64,000 nt of DNA from Lobosporangium transversale (GCF_002105155.1 NW_019028980.1:248001-312000), one strand, 5' to 3'. Counted from the stretch's first letter, positions 17,230 through 31,184 are shown. Notes: generated by a model not told the origin, from the letters alone. A program made the numbers and translations.

Positions 17230-19508
17230 CCTTCATCAGGCTTATCACTTCCGGGGGGAGCGATGTATCACAATGCTCCTGACGAATATCAATCCCCTTC
17301 ATTCCATGCAGTCAAAAAGCGCCTTATCTTTACACAGGAATCTTCCGATATCGATCCAGGCGAGGAAGACGACAATCTTGCGGGATCAACATTTGAACAA
17401 CACGCACTCACACCATTTTTACAACGAAAATCTCATTCAAATTCTCCGGCGCTGGATCGCCTAGTGAGCGCTTCGATGGAAAAAAATGCTTTGTTTAAAA
17501 TAAATTCTACCGCAAGCTCACCCTCGCAGACTCTGCCTTCAGCAAAGTCAGCTGCTACTTCAGTCTCAGCTCACAGATCCAATTCTAGGCTTCAAATGAG
17601 GAGCATTGTAGAGGCGCGACGTACAGGGCGGTCTAAAGCCTTTGATTTCGGATCAGAATTGACCAACGATGGCGATGAAGGAATTGATGAGTTGAACGAT
17701 GATGTAAACTGGCCGGGAGGCTATGACGATGGCGAAGGTATTGACGTTGGTATCGATGATATTGACACACCACTCGTTGAAACAACGCCTCCACGTCCAG
17801 TCCAACAGAAGGTAAACCCACTCTCATTAGGGGCGCCAGTAGGGTATAAGTTAAAGGCAAATATGGCAACTTCAAAGCCGAATGCACAGAGGTTTGTCCA
17901 GAGCAAGGAAGAGGATGATCGGATCCATCATGGCCGAGCAGATCGAGATGAAGACGACGATCGACTAAGATTTTCGGATGAAGATGTGTACGATGAGGAA
18001 AATGAAGAGGGAAATGGATACCATGAGATTTTGATCAATAAACATAGGGAGATAAGAGATCCTATGCCGCGGAGGCAGATTGTCAATACAAGCAATTCCA
18101 AAATGACTGACCAAAGTAGTAAGGCCGCTGCTGCTAGTGCGTCAGCGAAAAAAAGCAAGTTGGCCTCTAAAAAGGCGAAGACCACAAGCGGAGGAAGCGA
18201 TCTGGCGGAAGCTAGTGCGGATGAAAATAAAGAAAATGGGCGCGTTCGCTCCTCATCAACACAAAGGGCGAAATCAAAGAGCAACTCTAGAAGCAATAAT
18301 ATTGAGTCATCAACGGAAACATATAGCAGGCGCTCAAAGATTACCAAGGATGGCTCCAGTTCTGCTAGTCAGAACAAGACACAAAGCGGACCGCCTCATA
18401 TGACTCCTGTAGAATTAGTGGAAGTGCCTGTAGTACCAGATGTTACGACAGAAGAACAAGGAGGTATTTTTTATTTTATTTTATTTTATTTTTTTTATTT
18501 TACATTCTTGAAAATCGACGGCGATAGATTGACGATCGTTTAGTGCGGTAAATAATTTAGCCTTGTATTTATTTTATTTCCTATCTCAAGTACGGAGGAG
18601 TCATCGAGTAAAGATTGCTCCGCTAAAATTCTGGCAGAATGAGAGAGTTGTTGTGTGTAGAGATAAGGATATGCCTACACCAATAATTAAGTCTGTTATT
18701 CGAGCCGAAAACCCAGTGTCAGCAATACCAGGTTTAAAATCACAAAAACGGAAACGCCAAGGTACGGCGGCTGTCGATTCAAGCAAAGGACATCCTGCCC
18801 CTGACAAATTGGCTTACCGGCAGTCTCAAAAGCAGGCTCGTGAGATTGACGATAATGAGGATGAAATTGAAGGAAGTGCGAGTGAACTGGAAGAATATGA
18901 TGGCGAACATGCCTTACAAGGATCGAGAGGGCTCTTAGGGCTAAAAGATGAAGTCTCCAGTATGCAGGCAGAGGTCCTTGTATTTGGGACTGATGAAAAG
19001 ACTTCACGAGGTAATCAGCATAGCAAGTATGCTTTATACTATATGTCAATCTCTTGACTAATAACGCTGCTCCTAAATTATATATATCTTACCACTAGTC
19101 ATAGCAGAATCTAAGAACGCATTGCGCTTCAGATCTGTAGAGAGTGGACAATATCTATTTCACCGAGGTCTTGAAGATACCGATTCTCTGGCTTCTGGAA
19201 CAATCAAGATCAAACGCAATGGAATAAAGCCTGTGAGCAGTGCAACAAAAAACGCAACTACAATCTTTTACGTGATCAAGGGAATCGTACAAGTGACAGT
19301 GCATGAGACTGAATTTGTGGTCTCCACTGGGGGACATTTTATTGTTCCGCGTGGGAACCAGTACGGAATCAGGAATAGGTCCAAGAAGGAGAGCCTGCTG
19401 TTCTTTGTGCAATCCAAGGCTCCACCATCACTAAATACGATCGACTCTCTCTACAAGAAACCACTCTCTATAAGAAATGAAGTTGTCGAGCCCGAGCTCG
19501 GGACTTAA
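16491..19508 (+). CDS. MIF2: Inner kinetochore protein CENP-C/Mif2 (exons 16491-16499, 16613-16674, 16786-17132, 17240-18463, 18591-19010, 19099-19508)
   Basis: Mif2 N-terminal motif FDIGVVGRRTGITMK...DADGLDNIDDFW, CENP-C motif VRRSHRVKIAPLKFWQNERV and C-terminal cupin IFYVIKGIVQVTVHETEFVVSTGGHFIVPRGNQYGIRN...LLFFVQ. The 9-nt first exon is less certain than the rest. Confidence 0.9.
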
Positions 19509-20241
19509 TGATATAAGAAAAGACTTTCTGTAAGTTATAAGAAACTATATAGGAATTTCTCATAGAGAAAGACACCAGCCAATCATAGACTATTTGCAAA
19601 TCCTAGGTATGGAAAACTGTCTCTGTATGTCATGATCCTAGAGTTGCCAGAAGGGTATTACTTGTTCTGTCGCATTCATAGCCTGCGATATATTGAATTC
19701 AGAGCACAAAATGGTATTCTCTTCCCCTTCCGTCTCTTCTAATCATTCGCGTACGGGCTGTATAAGCTCAAATACGATGTCAAGACCAGCTTGTGTTTAA
19801 TGGCTCATGTGGAATAACAACAATATTTTAATTAAATAAATGTCGCGCGGAGGTAATTTTACATGGCTTGCTGTACGAGGAAAATTCTCCACAGCAAAGT
19901 GGAGAAAGATTGCTGCCGACCGTGCAGCGCTATCTTCGGCACAAAGAGTACCACAGCAACACCATCTTTTGCCCTCTGTGTGCAAACTGGCTTTCTAATC
20001 AACATTTTTAGTTAAGGGGCTTGAGCCTTTATCAAATATTAACCAAGCTCAAAAGTCAGAAATGCTTTTTTATTTTTAATGCATGTCAACATGGATTCAG
20101 AACATCAAAAAGGTAATAAATCAATTTCCATGCAAAAAAAAAAAAAGAAAAGAAAAAAAGAAAAGAAAAAGAGATTATGATTACAGAATCGTTCAAGTAA
20201 GCTGAGTTCGAAGGCAAAGATCAAGCAACCTCAACAGCCGT

Positions 20242-20273
<32 letters not shown>

Positions 20274-20939
20274 GATAATAAAAAGAATCAAGGCAATGAG
20301 GGTAGAAAGTATAAGCGAAAGACGTGCATTGCCAGTCAGAACTGTTCTTGTTAAAAACAGGGCATTTGCTTCTGTCTCAAGTCGCAAGCAGGCGGCGCTT
20401 GGGTGTTCTGTCACGCTTGAACAAACCCATTGATGCAATTGGGGCTTTCTCTGTTGTCATTATGATAGTGGTTTGTTCTTGCCTTTTTTCTTTTTCTTTT
20501 TTTTTTTTCCCATCCCGATTTACCCAACATCAGTTGAGGAAAAAAAGAAAAAAAAAAAAAAAAAAAAAAACAAATCGCGTTATTTTTATTATTTCTTATT
20601 TACTCTTTGTGTTGATTCTTTTTTTTTTTTTTTTTTTTTTTTTGAATGGTTGAGAGAGAGTTTGTCATGTATTATGATCTGCCTCGTACATTGACTTCAA
20701 TAGGCACCGAATGAATCCTTTTAATTCTGCTATGGATACCTTTTTATTTCTTCTCACGAATATGCCAATTAACTTTTTCGCATGTCATAATTTTGTCCTA
20801 GGTAATCTGCGTGTTCCAAATAAAGTTTTCATGTCAGAAACGACAACTGAATAAAATATGACACAAATGATTGATGTCTTTTCTTCCTTTCTTCCTTTTC
20901 ACATCTGTTCATCTCTATTAACATTCCAAACCCGCCTCC

Positions 20940-22366
20940 ATGCTTGATAAAGTCAAGAACAATGACGACAATAGTGTTGCTAATGTAGCAACAGTGGCGG
21001 ACGTGTCTCAAAAGATCCCTAAAATATCCAAGGCATGCACCTCAATCCTCGACAATGACCTTTACAAGTTCACTATGCAACAGGCAGTGCGACAACACTA
21101 CCCCAACACTCCCTGTGACTACAGCTTCAATAATCGGTCTCCAGAGGTAACACAGCTCTCCGCTAAAGCTATTCCATGGTTACAAGAAAAAATCCAGGCG
21201 ATGAAAGATCTTTCTTTGACCCCGGAGGAGCGTGTATTCCTGGAAACCAAATGCCCATATCTTTCAAAAGATTACTTGGACTGGTTACAACATGAGTTTA
21301 GGTTCAAACCCAGTGAACAAGTCAAGATTGAGTATTTGGATTCAGTATCAGGATCAGACAATCAAAAGATCAAAATCACAGTGACGGGTAATTGGCACCA
21401 AGTGATTTTGTATGAAGTACCACTTCTAGCTCTTGTCTCAGAGGCCTATTTCCGGTTCGAAGATCAGGATTGGTCATACGAAGGTCAGTTTGAGGCTGCA
21501 AAAAAAAAGCAGAGCGATTAATTGAGGCTGGAGCCAAATTCGCAGAGTTTGGGACACGTCGACGACGAGATTATGAAACTCATCGAATTGTACTCGAAGG
21601 AATAATTGCAGGATCGTCATCGTCATTGTCATCATCATCATCATCTGTTGCTTCTGCAGGAGGAGAAGGAAAAGAAAGACAAAAAGGGCTCTTGACTGGA
21701 ACTAGTAATTTACATTTTGCTCATATAATGAATTTAACGCCGATCGGAACCATGGCTCATGAATGGTTTATGGGAACAGCCGCTATTTTGAAGGACGCTA
21801 GTCGAGCGAATGCAACGAGCTTAGAGCGCTGGAGCAAGACATATCCAGATCAAGCGTTAGGGATTGCCTTAACGGATACATTTACCACCGAGGCATTTTT
21901 GAAAACATTCCGAGGTCAGGTGGCCAGAGAATGGACGGGTGTACGACATGATTCTGGAGACCCATTCGAGTTTATAAAACGGATTGTGAAGCATTATGAT
22001 GAAGATCCGCTTGTAGGGCCTGAATTGAGACGGAAGAAGAGGATTGTCTTTTCGGATGGATTAAATGTTGAGCGGACGATTCGATTATTAAATGCAGCTG
22101 AGGAACAAGGAATCGAGGCATCCTTTGGGATCGGGACACATTTTACGAATGATTTTGAGAGAGCTACTGCTCCTAAAGAAACTACAACAATGTCAGTGCC
22201 AACGTCAACGTCAAAGAAAGAGAAGAGTCCAGCAATGAATATTGTGATCAAATTGCATTGGTGTGCAGATAAGGAATGTGTCAAGCTGAGCGATGATCAT
22301 GGAAAGGAAAGTGGAAGTCCTGAATCTGTGCTTGAAGTAAGACAGCAGATCGCTACACTTTCATAA
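20940..22366 (+). CDS. NPT1: Nicotinate phosphoribosyltransferase, intronless, interrupted by a -1 frameshift at the A9 run 21500-21508
   Basis: Frame 1 has SILDNDLYKFTMQQAV and ILYEVPLLALVSEAYF and stops at 21521. The -1 frame from 21509 has AERLIEAGAKFAEFGTRRRRDY, GTSNLHFA, PIGTMAHEWFMG, ALTDTFTT, GVRHDSGDP, IVFSDGL, SFGIGTHFTNDF, MNIVIKL and VKLSDDHGK. Confidence 0.9.
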
Positions 22367-22910
22367 TAAATGCACGTAGTGAACACATATCACGCGTATT
22401 TTAAGTTGGATCATTATAATTGTATTGCTATCAGTATTAATATTAATATTGCAGCTTCAATAATCATATCCAAATCACGCACTGTAAGGGATAACATATA
22501 CATTCCGTTCCTGCTACACTTCTTCCCACATTGGAATGCAGTGGAGTGTAAGGTACACACTCCATTGACGAACAGACCTAATGTCGATGAAACAATATAT
22601 ATATTTTGATCATAAGGACAGGATAAAATCAACATTCCTCTCTCTTTCCTCTTTCTCACTTTTTTTGTTTGTTGAATGACGCGCCACACTGAAAGTGAAA
22701 GGAAAGTGTGTAAGCAATAGATACAGGGGCTTTTTAAGATCAAGAACATGTTTGTGTTGGCTATTATTGGCTCAGAGCTAAATCATCTATAACTCCAAAA
22801 GTGCAAAAAAATATAGTGTACAAATCGCTGTCGCTCATGCAACGCCCCATCTGGGCCATCTAACAATCATGAAAAAACAACAACGACAACATGCGTTGAG
22901 CAACCTTAAA

Positions 22911-22942
<32 letters not shown>

Positions 22943-23179
22943 GGCTGTGGGCATCTTTTGTAAAAGTACTTGTGTACGATATACATGTATACACAAAGAA
23001 TGGGCCCTTTTATGCATTGTAACAAGAAAGAGGGGTCAATGCGAAAAAGGAGGGGGTGGATATCAGGCCGGTATGTTGACAGATATGCAGATGAGCTAAA
23101 TACTGCTTTGCCTCGATTTATTTGAGATCACAAAAAAAACTCGCATATTAAGAATATTAGGAATGGCACTGAAATGAAG

Positions 23180-23203
23180 AAAAGAAAGAAAGAAAGAAAG
23201 AAA
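23180..23203. repeat. (AAAG)n microsatellite
   Basis: aaagaaagaaagaaagaaag, read directly. Confidence 0.85.
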
Positions 23204-24534
23204 AGTTCTACAGTCAACCCTCCATCGACTTTAACTCTTGTCCTCCGTTTTTTTTTTTTTTTTTTTGTCGTTCCATCTCTGGACGGTAGCAAGAAAGCTT
23301 CTACTCAGGGGAAGCAGTTTAAGGAACAGCCAGGATGAGAGGTTTTGTGTATGTGGAAGGTAGTCAAAGGAAAAACTATTAGAGTAAAATGATATGATCT
23401 GCTATTTATTATTTATATCATTATTATTATCTGAGCGCCAAACCTCTCCCTCTCCCTTTCTCTGACATATTTTCCGCGCATAGCCCACTTGAAGTTCAAA
23501 ATGTGTCAAGTAAAAAAAAAATATTGCAATTAAGAATGGGAAAGAAATGTCAGAGCATTTGTTGGTGACATGAATATTTTTAAAACGCTCAAATCAATTA
23601 CGCATACTTTTTTAAAAAAAAATAGAGGAAAATGGATCCCCGCTACAAAATTGGGCTTGCGGGTAAAAAAAATTGGCAATTAATGTTATTCCGATTAAAC
23701 ATCCTCTTTCTCTCCTTTACTTTGCTTTGCTTTGCAAGATGAATGGGAAAAAGGATCAACGAGATGCAATTTCAAATTTGTTGGGCGAGATTTTTACCGA
23801 AACACAAGCATGAATGCAAGGGGAGGGAAATTGTGCACATGTGGACAAAGGAACAGACAATGGTTCCCAAATTAACAAACTGTAGATCCTTGACATTGGA
23901 AAAAAAAAAAAAAAAAAAGAAGCGGAAGAGAAGATGGTAAAATGGTAAGTCAATTATTCGCTACTCAAGTAAATGATGATACAACATCCTTACATCAATA
24001 TCAACATCGGCAACGAACAAACGCGTCTGTTGGGATCAGCCATTTGTATAGCAAAAAAGCGAAAGAAAGAGATCATGTCCCGACCAAGCGTAATGATGCG
24101 CTTTCTTTTTACTTGTAAAGACTACCTTACTTGTGCATGTAGGCTAAGCTAGTCTTTAAAAAGCAAGGTTAAACAAAAAAATATATATAAAATCGCTATA
24201 ACCCCGAACAGAGTGAGATGGACAGTGCTCACATACCCATCATCATCACCATCATCGTCGACTGCTACATACAGCCTTCTACCGTATTTAAACCGCACTA
24301 TCCTTTGTCCGAAATCCTTTTTTTTATTTATTTGTATCCTTTCTCCTTATTTTCTCCTCTTTCCTTTTTCTTTTCTTTTGCTGTTTGATATCTCTACACA
24401 ACCCCACTCATTCGTTCCAGTCATTGATCACTAGCAGGGCTTAACATCTTGCTATTACACCACACATACGCACACATTACCAGTTTTATATCGTATCTCG
24501 ACCCCTCATCCTTTTTGTACCAAAACCAACCATC

Positions 24535-24848
24535 ATGGCTTGCCAACGCAATAACAATAACATCTCTCATTCATACACCTCATGGAAGCGTGCCTTGTCA
24601 TCTCTGTTCGTGTTCATGTCTGTAGCGCTTCTCTCTGCTATCATGCTCAGTCCAGTATCCGCACAGTCCAGTCGAGGTGTTGATTTCTTCAGAAGCCCCA
24701 CTCGATCCACAACATGGTATCTTGGAGAGTCTGTCAATATTCGTCTTCGTAAGTCATAGCTTTGTTACTGCTGTTGTTTCTCTTTTGTTTCACTAGCTCT
24801 CTCTGTGTGTTTCTCTTCCTGCCTCTGTTTCTGTTTCTCTTTCAGATC

Positions 24849-24886
<38 letters not shown>

Positions 24887-25633
24887 CCCAGTATCTTGCG
24901 GTATATTGCGTGCCTTCGACAATTTGTATAATCCGTTATATATATTGGTTGGCTCCAACAACCACAAAAGAACGAAAAAGAAAAAGAATACCACTGAATC
25001 CTTTTTTTATTATTATTTTCAAGCGCACTGCTCTCCCTTTTTTTTTTTTTTTTTTTTTCCTTTTCACAAGATCTCGAAGGAAAGAGAGAAAATACCTTTC
25101 TGTCTTAGTCACAAGTGAAAGGAGGGGAGAGGAGTGCAGTTGGAACGAATTCCAAAGGAGAGAAGGGGGATGAATATGCAGTTATAGGGGTTTTAAGTTT
25201 GACAAACGCGTTTTTCCTAAACACTAAAACCCAAAAATGCACACTCGCTGATTTTGTTTATTACATTGCGTACATATTATGTATAGGTCGTTCCTTGTCA
25301 AAGGAAGATAGCAACAATACAATGATTTTTTTGGAATACAGCACACGTGCCTGCCCAGGATCATCATCACCAACAGCTGCTCGATGGATTGCAAATGAGG
25401 ACCGATACCGGTACTGTGATAATCGAGCAGCCAAGATCACAGCTTTGGGTCAAATCGCACCTGGGTCAGATTCTATTCAATGGACAATCCCTACAACATT
25501 GGACCTGCAGTTGTCAAGAGGTCGATTCCATCTTTATGACTCGAACGGACATACTAGCGACTCCTTTTTGATTCGTCCTCGACCTCGACACTACCCAAGG
25601 GTTGGCATGGTCGACCAGATTAGGTTGTTTTAA
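24535..25633 (+). CDS. Small putative secreted protein, possibly with a Kre9/Knh1-N-like beta-sandwich (exons 24535-24748, 25287-25633)
   Basis: Signal-peptide-like segment ALSSLFVFMSVALLSAIMLSPVSA followed by SPTRSTTWYLGESVNI. C|GTAAGT...TAG|GT joins in frame to RSLSKED...SIQWTIP...SDSFLIRP. TATA-like TATATAAA near 24184. The family assignment is from pattern recall only. Confidence 0.65.
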
Positions 25634-26172
25634 GGGAAAGAGACGAATGACAAAGCAAAACAAGAGGACAACACCAAAGAAAAATAGAAAAAAAACAACA
25701 AAGAAGCAGGCAAGCAGGCAAACAAAAACAAATAAGCAAACAAACAGGCAGTTGACCCGTATTTTTTGCTCATTGTGTACTTTTCCCTCCATACCATCCA
25801 CCCCCCTTTCTCTCATTTTTAGTTAGTCGCATATTTTCTTGTTTGTTTTGGACTTTTGAGACAACAAAGTCCAAAAATGATTCCACAGCTTCGTCATGAA
25901 GTTTAAAAAAAAAAAAGAGTCGAACGTTTCTCTTTTTTTTTTTTTTTTTTTCTTTGTCATTTTGCATCAAGTGAAAGAGTAAACATGCCCTTTCTTTCTT
26001 TTTTTCTTCAAACCTTTTTTTCTTTTACTTTCTCCACAACTCGCTTGTACATAGCCCTTTTTCTAAAATGTAAAAAAAAATGGTAAACACATTTATATAT
26101 AAATAAAACAATTCATCTTTAATGTCTATAAAGTCTCTAATATTCATGTAACAATCTAGACAGCTCGACTCG

Positions 26173-26203
<31 letters not shown>

Positions 26204-27235
26204 ATAGGAATATTGTACATGTATACCATGTGACTCAATAAACCTGACCCCTTGTCTGATTAAAGTTGATTGTCATTTCTCCTGATTGCTTGACCAAAGG
26301 AGCTCTAACGGAATAAACGGTAGCATATTATATTAAGCACAGTATTATATATGCCAGGTAAATAACAGCAATAGGAGGAAGAGTACACGCCAATAGATGG
26401 AAAAACCCATATATTTGAGCTCCCAAGCGTTCTTAACTGAGGTGTGGCTACGAAGAAAGTACGAGAGTAGCAGTCTTGTATAAGACAGGCGGATCCTGTT
26501 TATCCAAGATATCCTTTAGATCTAAGGTGTATGAACCCTAGAGAAAACAAAACACTCAACCAAAAAAAACGGTATCGTTGTTAACTGCACCTACTGTGAC
26601 CCCAACCCGACGTTACAAGTAAAGAAAGTCTATACAAGTAAATCGATTGCTGAATAATGATCTATGAACTGGTCAAATATCAGAGTTATCAATTAAAAAA
26701 AAGTCATAACAAAAATATCTAGATCGGGAAAGCAGGCGTTATAGTGGTCCTCTCGTCCAATTGATATAGCCTAGATCGCGTTCTAAATTTAAGAGTTCGA
26801 TCCGACAATATCTAGAAGCACTTGAAGGGGCCAAAGATTGGTCTTGTGAGGTGAGGATGCTTTATCTGAGCATGGGTAATGACGACCTGTTTGTTGAGTC
26901 TGTCGATATGTCGTCAATGATCACAGGGTTGCAAGAGCTAGTTCTTAACTGAACTTGAGGACAGGCAAAGGGAGGGTTGTTTCATCGAGGCTGTGTTGCA
27001 GTCATCAGCAGGTTTCGATTGTCTCGACAAGGTGCTAAAACCAAACCTTTGGAAACGATGGTGTGATACTGAGAAAGATGATGGCATCATTTCATAAAGT
27101 CAAGAGTTCTCTTATCAACGAAGCTACTAGCGGTGATGCGAGCATATTGGTCATGACGGCGTATAAGAGACTTGGGCTCTGGATCGCGATAAAATTAGCC
27201 GAAGAATAACCAGAGATATGGCTCAACGCGACTTG

Positions 27236-27266
<31 letters not shown>

Positions 27267-27707
27267 GCAGCGGATATATGAAAATAGCATAGCCCTGTTT
27301 CAAAAATGTACAGAAACAAACAGCGCATGGTATATAGACGTAACTGAGCAAGATAGTGATATTTAGGCAACAATGGGAGAGGGGGAGATGACCAAGCTGT
27401 TGAGACATTTAGCAGGATGCTCTATCTATAAATGCTAATTCATAACAACTGCGACTACTAACGAAGAGTTTCCATTTTGTGCGTATCTTTTCTATTTTGG
27501 AAATATATCCGAAAGAGTAAAATCGTTTCAGATTGTTGGCAAAAGAGGAACACGTGCACGTTTTTTTATAAATTCTTGAAACGGAAATGGGCTCGACAAA
27601 GACCCTGCAAAAGCTGAAAGGACGATCCTTTGCATGACAGTGTCGTGTCGTGTGAACGTGAGAAAGATGATCTGATGAGTAAGCCAAGTAGATTTTGTTT
27701 AATATCA

Positions 27708-27738
<31 letters not shown>

Positions 27739-29225
27739 CACGAGACTTTGGATCGTATAGAGTTCCTTGCATGACCATAAGGTTGATATTCTACATCTGT
27801 TTAATCAATCAGTAGCCACAAAGGCTCAAATATATACTAATGCGACGCGTCTTTTTTTCCCTTAATATGCTTGGTACAATGGGCTATACATGTTCTCCAA
27901 TTAGATATGTAACTAAGGTCACAAGGGATTATGATAGGTAACTGTCAATCTACCTATGGCAAATGTATGTAGGCGGAGCAAATACCAAAAATGAAATAGG
28001 AGGAAGGTTTAATCCGATTGTTAACCCCATTCAAACCAGTCAATTGAATCAAATGATGTAAGAAGAGGCCATAGAAAGAGAATAATAAGTACAGCAACAC
28101 AGAGGAAAAAAAAAAAGGACTATGTATTTATACATTTAGTGTTGAATTTCAATTGACAGATTCCTATTCAACACTGAACGGAATGTCCAATAGAGGATAG
28201 GATCCCCATATACACCATCGCGTGGCATGGTCACTGTTTTATTTATTCTCCTACTTTTGGTTTCCTTGCGTAAAATAAAATGAGCTGAGGCGTGTTTTTC
28301 TACTCCGATCACTTTTGCCCTTTTCTTTCCCCCTTTGTTTTTTCTACTGGCTTGATGGCTTTGTCACACATGCATGCATGCATGCACGCAAATCAATCGA
28401 AGAAAAAGAAAGAGGGAAAGAGTTTAAGCGACATGTGGGCAGACATAAACAAGGATAGGACATGTTGAAATTAATTGGAGAAAAAGAGAAGAGAAAGAGA
28501 GAGAAGAGAGAGATGACTAGGCCCAAACGAGTGGGATGGATTGGATGAGGATGGATAAGAAATGAGAGAAATGTTATTCCTCCTCCCAGCCCCTTCAATT
28601 GCTTGGATCACAACAAAGCAAATCAATTGACAAATCAGATACATTCATAATCCTAATCGCTGTGTTTTCACCAAGGAAAATTCAAACGTGGACATTAATA
28701 GCATAAAGGTTGTCAACGCAAAAAAAAAAAAATTTTAAAAGAATTTCCCCCCTAAAAAGAGTGACATCAATCAGCCCATGTCACCCCACTTATTCATTCA
28801 CACCCCACACCATTGACTACATTTTGTACGCTAAACTTGGAATAGACTGAATATCTTTTAATGGTCTAGTAAAACTTTCCTTTGTTCTTTTGTTCCTGAC
28901 ATTTTTTTTCTTTCATTCTCGCTCTCATTCATCCAATTGCTTCAATTGCTAAAGAAGCTTCTTCTACCTCTCCTTTTCCATCCTCGCTTGTACAAATACG
29001 CCATTATATTTCCTTTCCTTTATTTTATTCTGGTTTTTTATTTTATTTTATTTCGTATTTTATTTTCTCACTTGACGATAGCTTCTTTTACTGCTTTAAA
29101 CTCCCCACTCAACTCACACTCTCACTTGTCCTTACACCTTGTCCTTACACTCTCACCCACAATTGTGCTCACATTCCTCTCATAATTCTCACACCAACCT
29201 CCTCATTGAAGCATTTATTCATTCA

Positions 29226-29276
29226 TTCAAGCATTCAAGCATTCAAGCATTCAAACATTTAAGCATTTAGGCATTT
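29226..29276 (+). repeat. Degenerate 8-bp tandem repeat (TTCAAGCA)n upstream of the IVY1-like start codon
   Basis: ttcaagca ttcaagca ttcaagca ttcaaaca tttaagca tttaggca, read directly. Confidence 0.85.
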
Positions 29277-29320
29277 GTTCGCTCTCTTCTAATAGTTCGA
29301 CTTGATCGCATGAGAGACCC

Positions 29321-29608
29321 ATGCCCGCTATGTTGTCGACTGTCTCGTTGATTGACCCCACTACCCTCAACCCATCCTTTTCTGGGCCAGAGAATAGTCG
29401 TATGGGTAGACCTGCGGTCATCATCACTCGAGCTGACCAGCAGACTTCCGTCGACCAAACTCAGCTCTTGCTCACAAATGCAAAGGCCTATCGTCTGCAG
29501 ATGTTGGCCCTCTCGAAAGCTGCTGCCAACTTTGGTTATGCACTCGAGAAGATTGCTCATTCTAAAGCTGCTGTTCGGGATGCTTCTAACGTCTGTAGGT
29601 CCAAAAAG

Positions 29609-29640
<32 letters not shown>

Positions 29641-30886
29641 CCTCCCCTGCAATTCTCCAATGTTACTTCGCCTCACTAACAGTCAAAAAACAAAAAAAAA
29701 AAAAAAAAAATTGACTAACCCCTAACAGCATCAAGCCTGCAAGCTGCAGCGGGACTTCACTATTTGATGTCGAACCATCATCAGATCCTGGTATGTGATA
29801 CAAAAGACAGTATCCGAGTATTAAAGGCAAAAAAGACTTTTTGCTGATAGTTTGGTCGTTTCCAATGGGTGATCTATTTTCTAGAGTGATACACTGTATA
29901 AGCAATTTGAAATTCCATTGTTGCAACATCTCGATACACACAAGAACAATATCGAGGCCAGTGAAGCCCAATATGAGCGATCCATGCGCGATATGAGTCA
30001 AAAAATCAAAGAGACCGAGGCTGCATCCATGCAGAATGGCCGTAGGCGACAACGAGGCAAGTATATGAACATAGTTGATCAATTTTTTATATTTTTTTGA
30101 ACACTTCCAGATCACCAAGTTTTACCTGATTTGTCTGTCTGTGGTGTTTTTTTTTTTTTATTTTTTAAATGGTTATTTGTGGATATTTTTTTTCTTTTTT
30201 TTCTTTTTTGCCGCCTGTCTGCTTATGCTATCACAAATCCTTTGTATCATACCGCGTTACTGGAAAGAAAAGACTCCTTTTATCCCGCGGTTTCTCTTCC
30301 ATTTATGGATCCAACATGGGCTAAGTTCTGAGCTCAGAGGAGAGTTGTATGGTTTCCAATAATCTACATAAATAGCATTGTATCTTTTTTTTTTTTTTTT
30401 TTTTTTTTTTGAGCGTGTATGTGTGTGTGTATTTGTTTCCTTCATTGTTTCAACTCCAGGATGGGCTGAAAGTCTGGTAGACCGACAGGAGACCACAATG
30501 CAAATAGAAGATACGGCAGGAAAGTTTGACCCATGACATGACACGACCTTACTAATCGTGCAGACTTGCTGTGATACATTTATTGTGTTCTGTGTATGTG
30601 TGTGTATGTGTGAATGTGTGGGTCAGATCATATGAGCCATAAATGGCGTACATTGCATTCATGATTTGTTATCGTTCCCCTCCCCTTTTTTGAATATCCA
30701 TGGCTGTATATATTTTGTTACGACCGGAGGAAAGAAATAATGCACAATGCATACTAGTCTCCTTGGGGCTGGTTACTTGCTTCTCTCCCCTTACTTCTTT
30801 AGCCATGGGCTGTGTCTTTTGACAATCAAGTTCTCTTCGAAGCAAGCCAAGTAAAGACTTGAATGATTCCTTGAAACTCTTACCAG

Positions 30887-30917
<31 letters not shown>

Positions 30918-31184
30918 CCTATTGTTCTTGACCCCAATTCTACTAAATTCGTCTGACAGTCGCTTATGATTGGACCTGGCCAGATTTGTGATTAATTATC
31001 ATTGACCCTTTTTTTAAAATGCTCCCCTTGGTGCAAAGGGGGTTCCCTAATTTTTCTAGTCATCCTCATCAATCAGTCTAGTCCCAATACAACAGAGAAA
31101 ACATCTGAATTAATCATAGTGGCCATATTTTCACAAATACCAAATTGAACCAGCTTGCTGTCCTCTTTGTGGATGATTAACTAA

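Noticed and set aside
19753..19795. tRNA-like start GGGCTGTATAAGCTCA
   Set aside because: No T-loop GTTCRA, no cloverleaf and no acceptor-stem complement.
24334..24342. GTATCCTTT, plus ATATCCTT(T) at about 7443 and 61215, resembling U12-type 5' splice sites
   Set aside because: Not inside any reconstructed coding junction, and no convincing TCCTTAAC branch site with a matching acceptor; expected by chance in T-rich DNA.
28135..28177. Inverted repeat AGTGTTGAAT...ATTCAACACT
   Set aside because: A single short stem with no target-site duplication or second copy; not supportable as a MITE or ncRNA.
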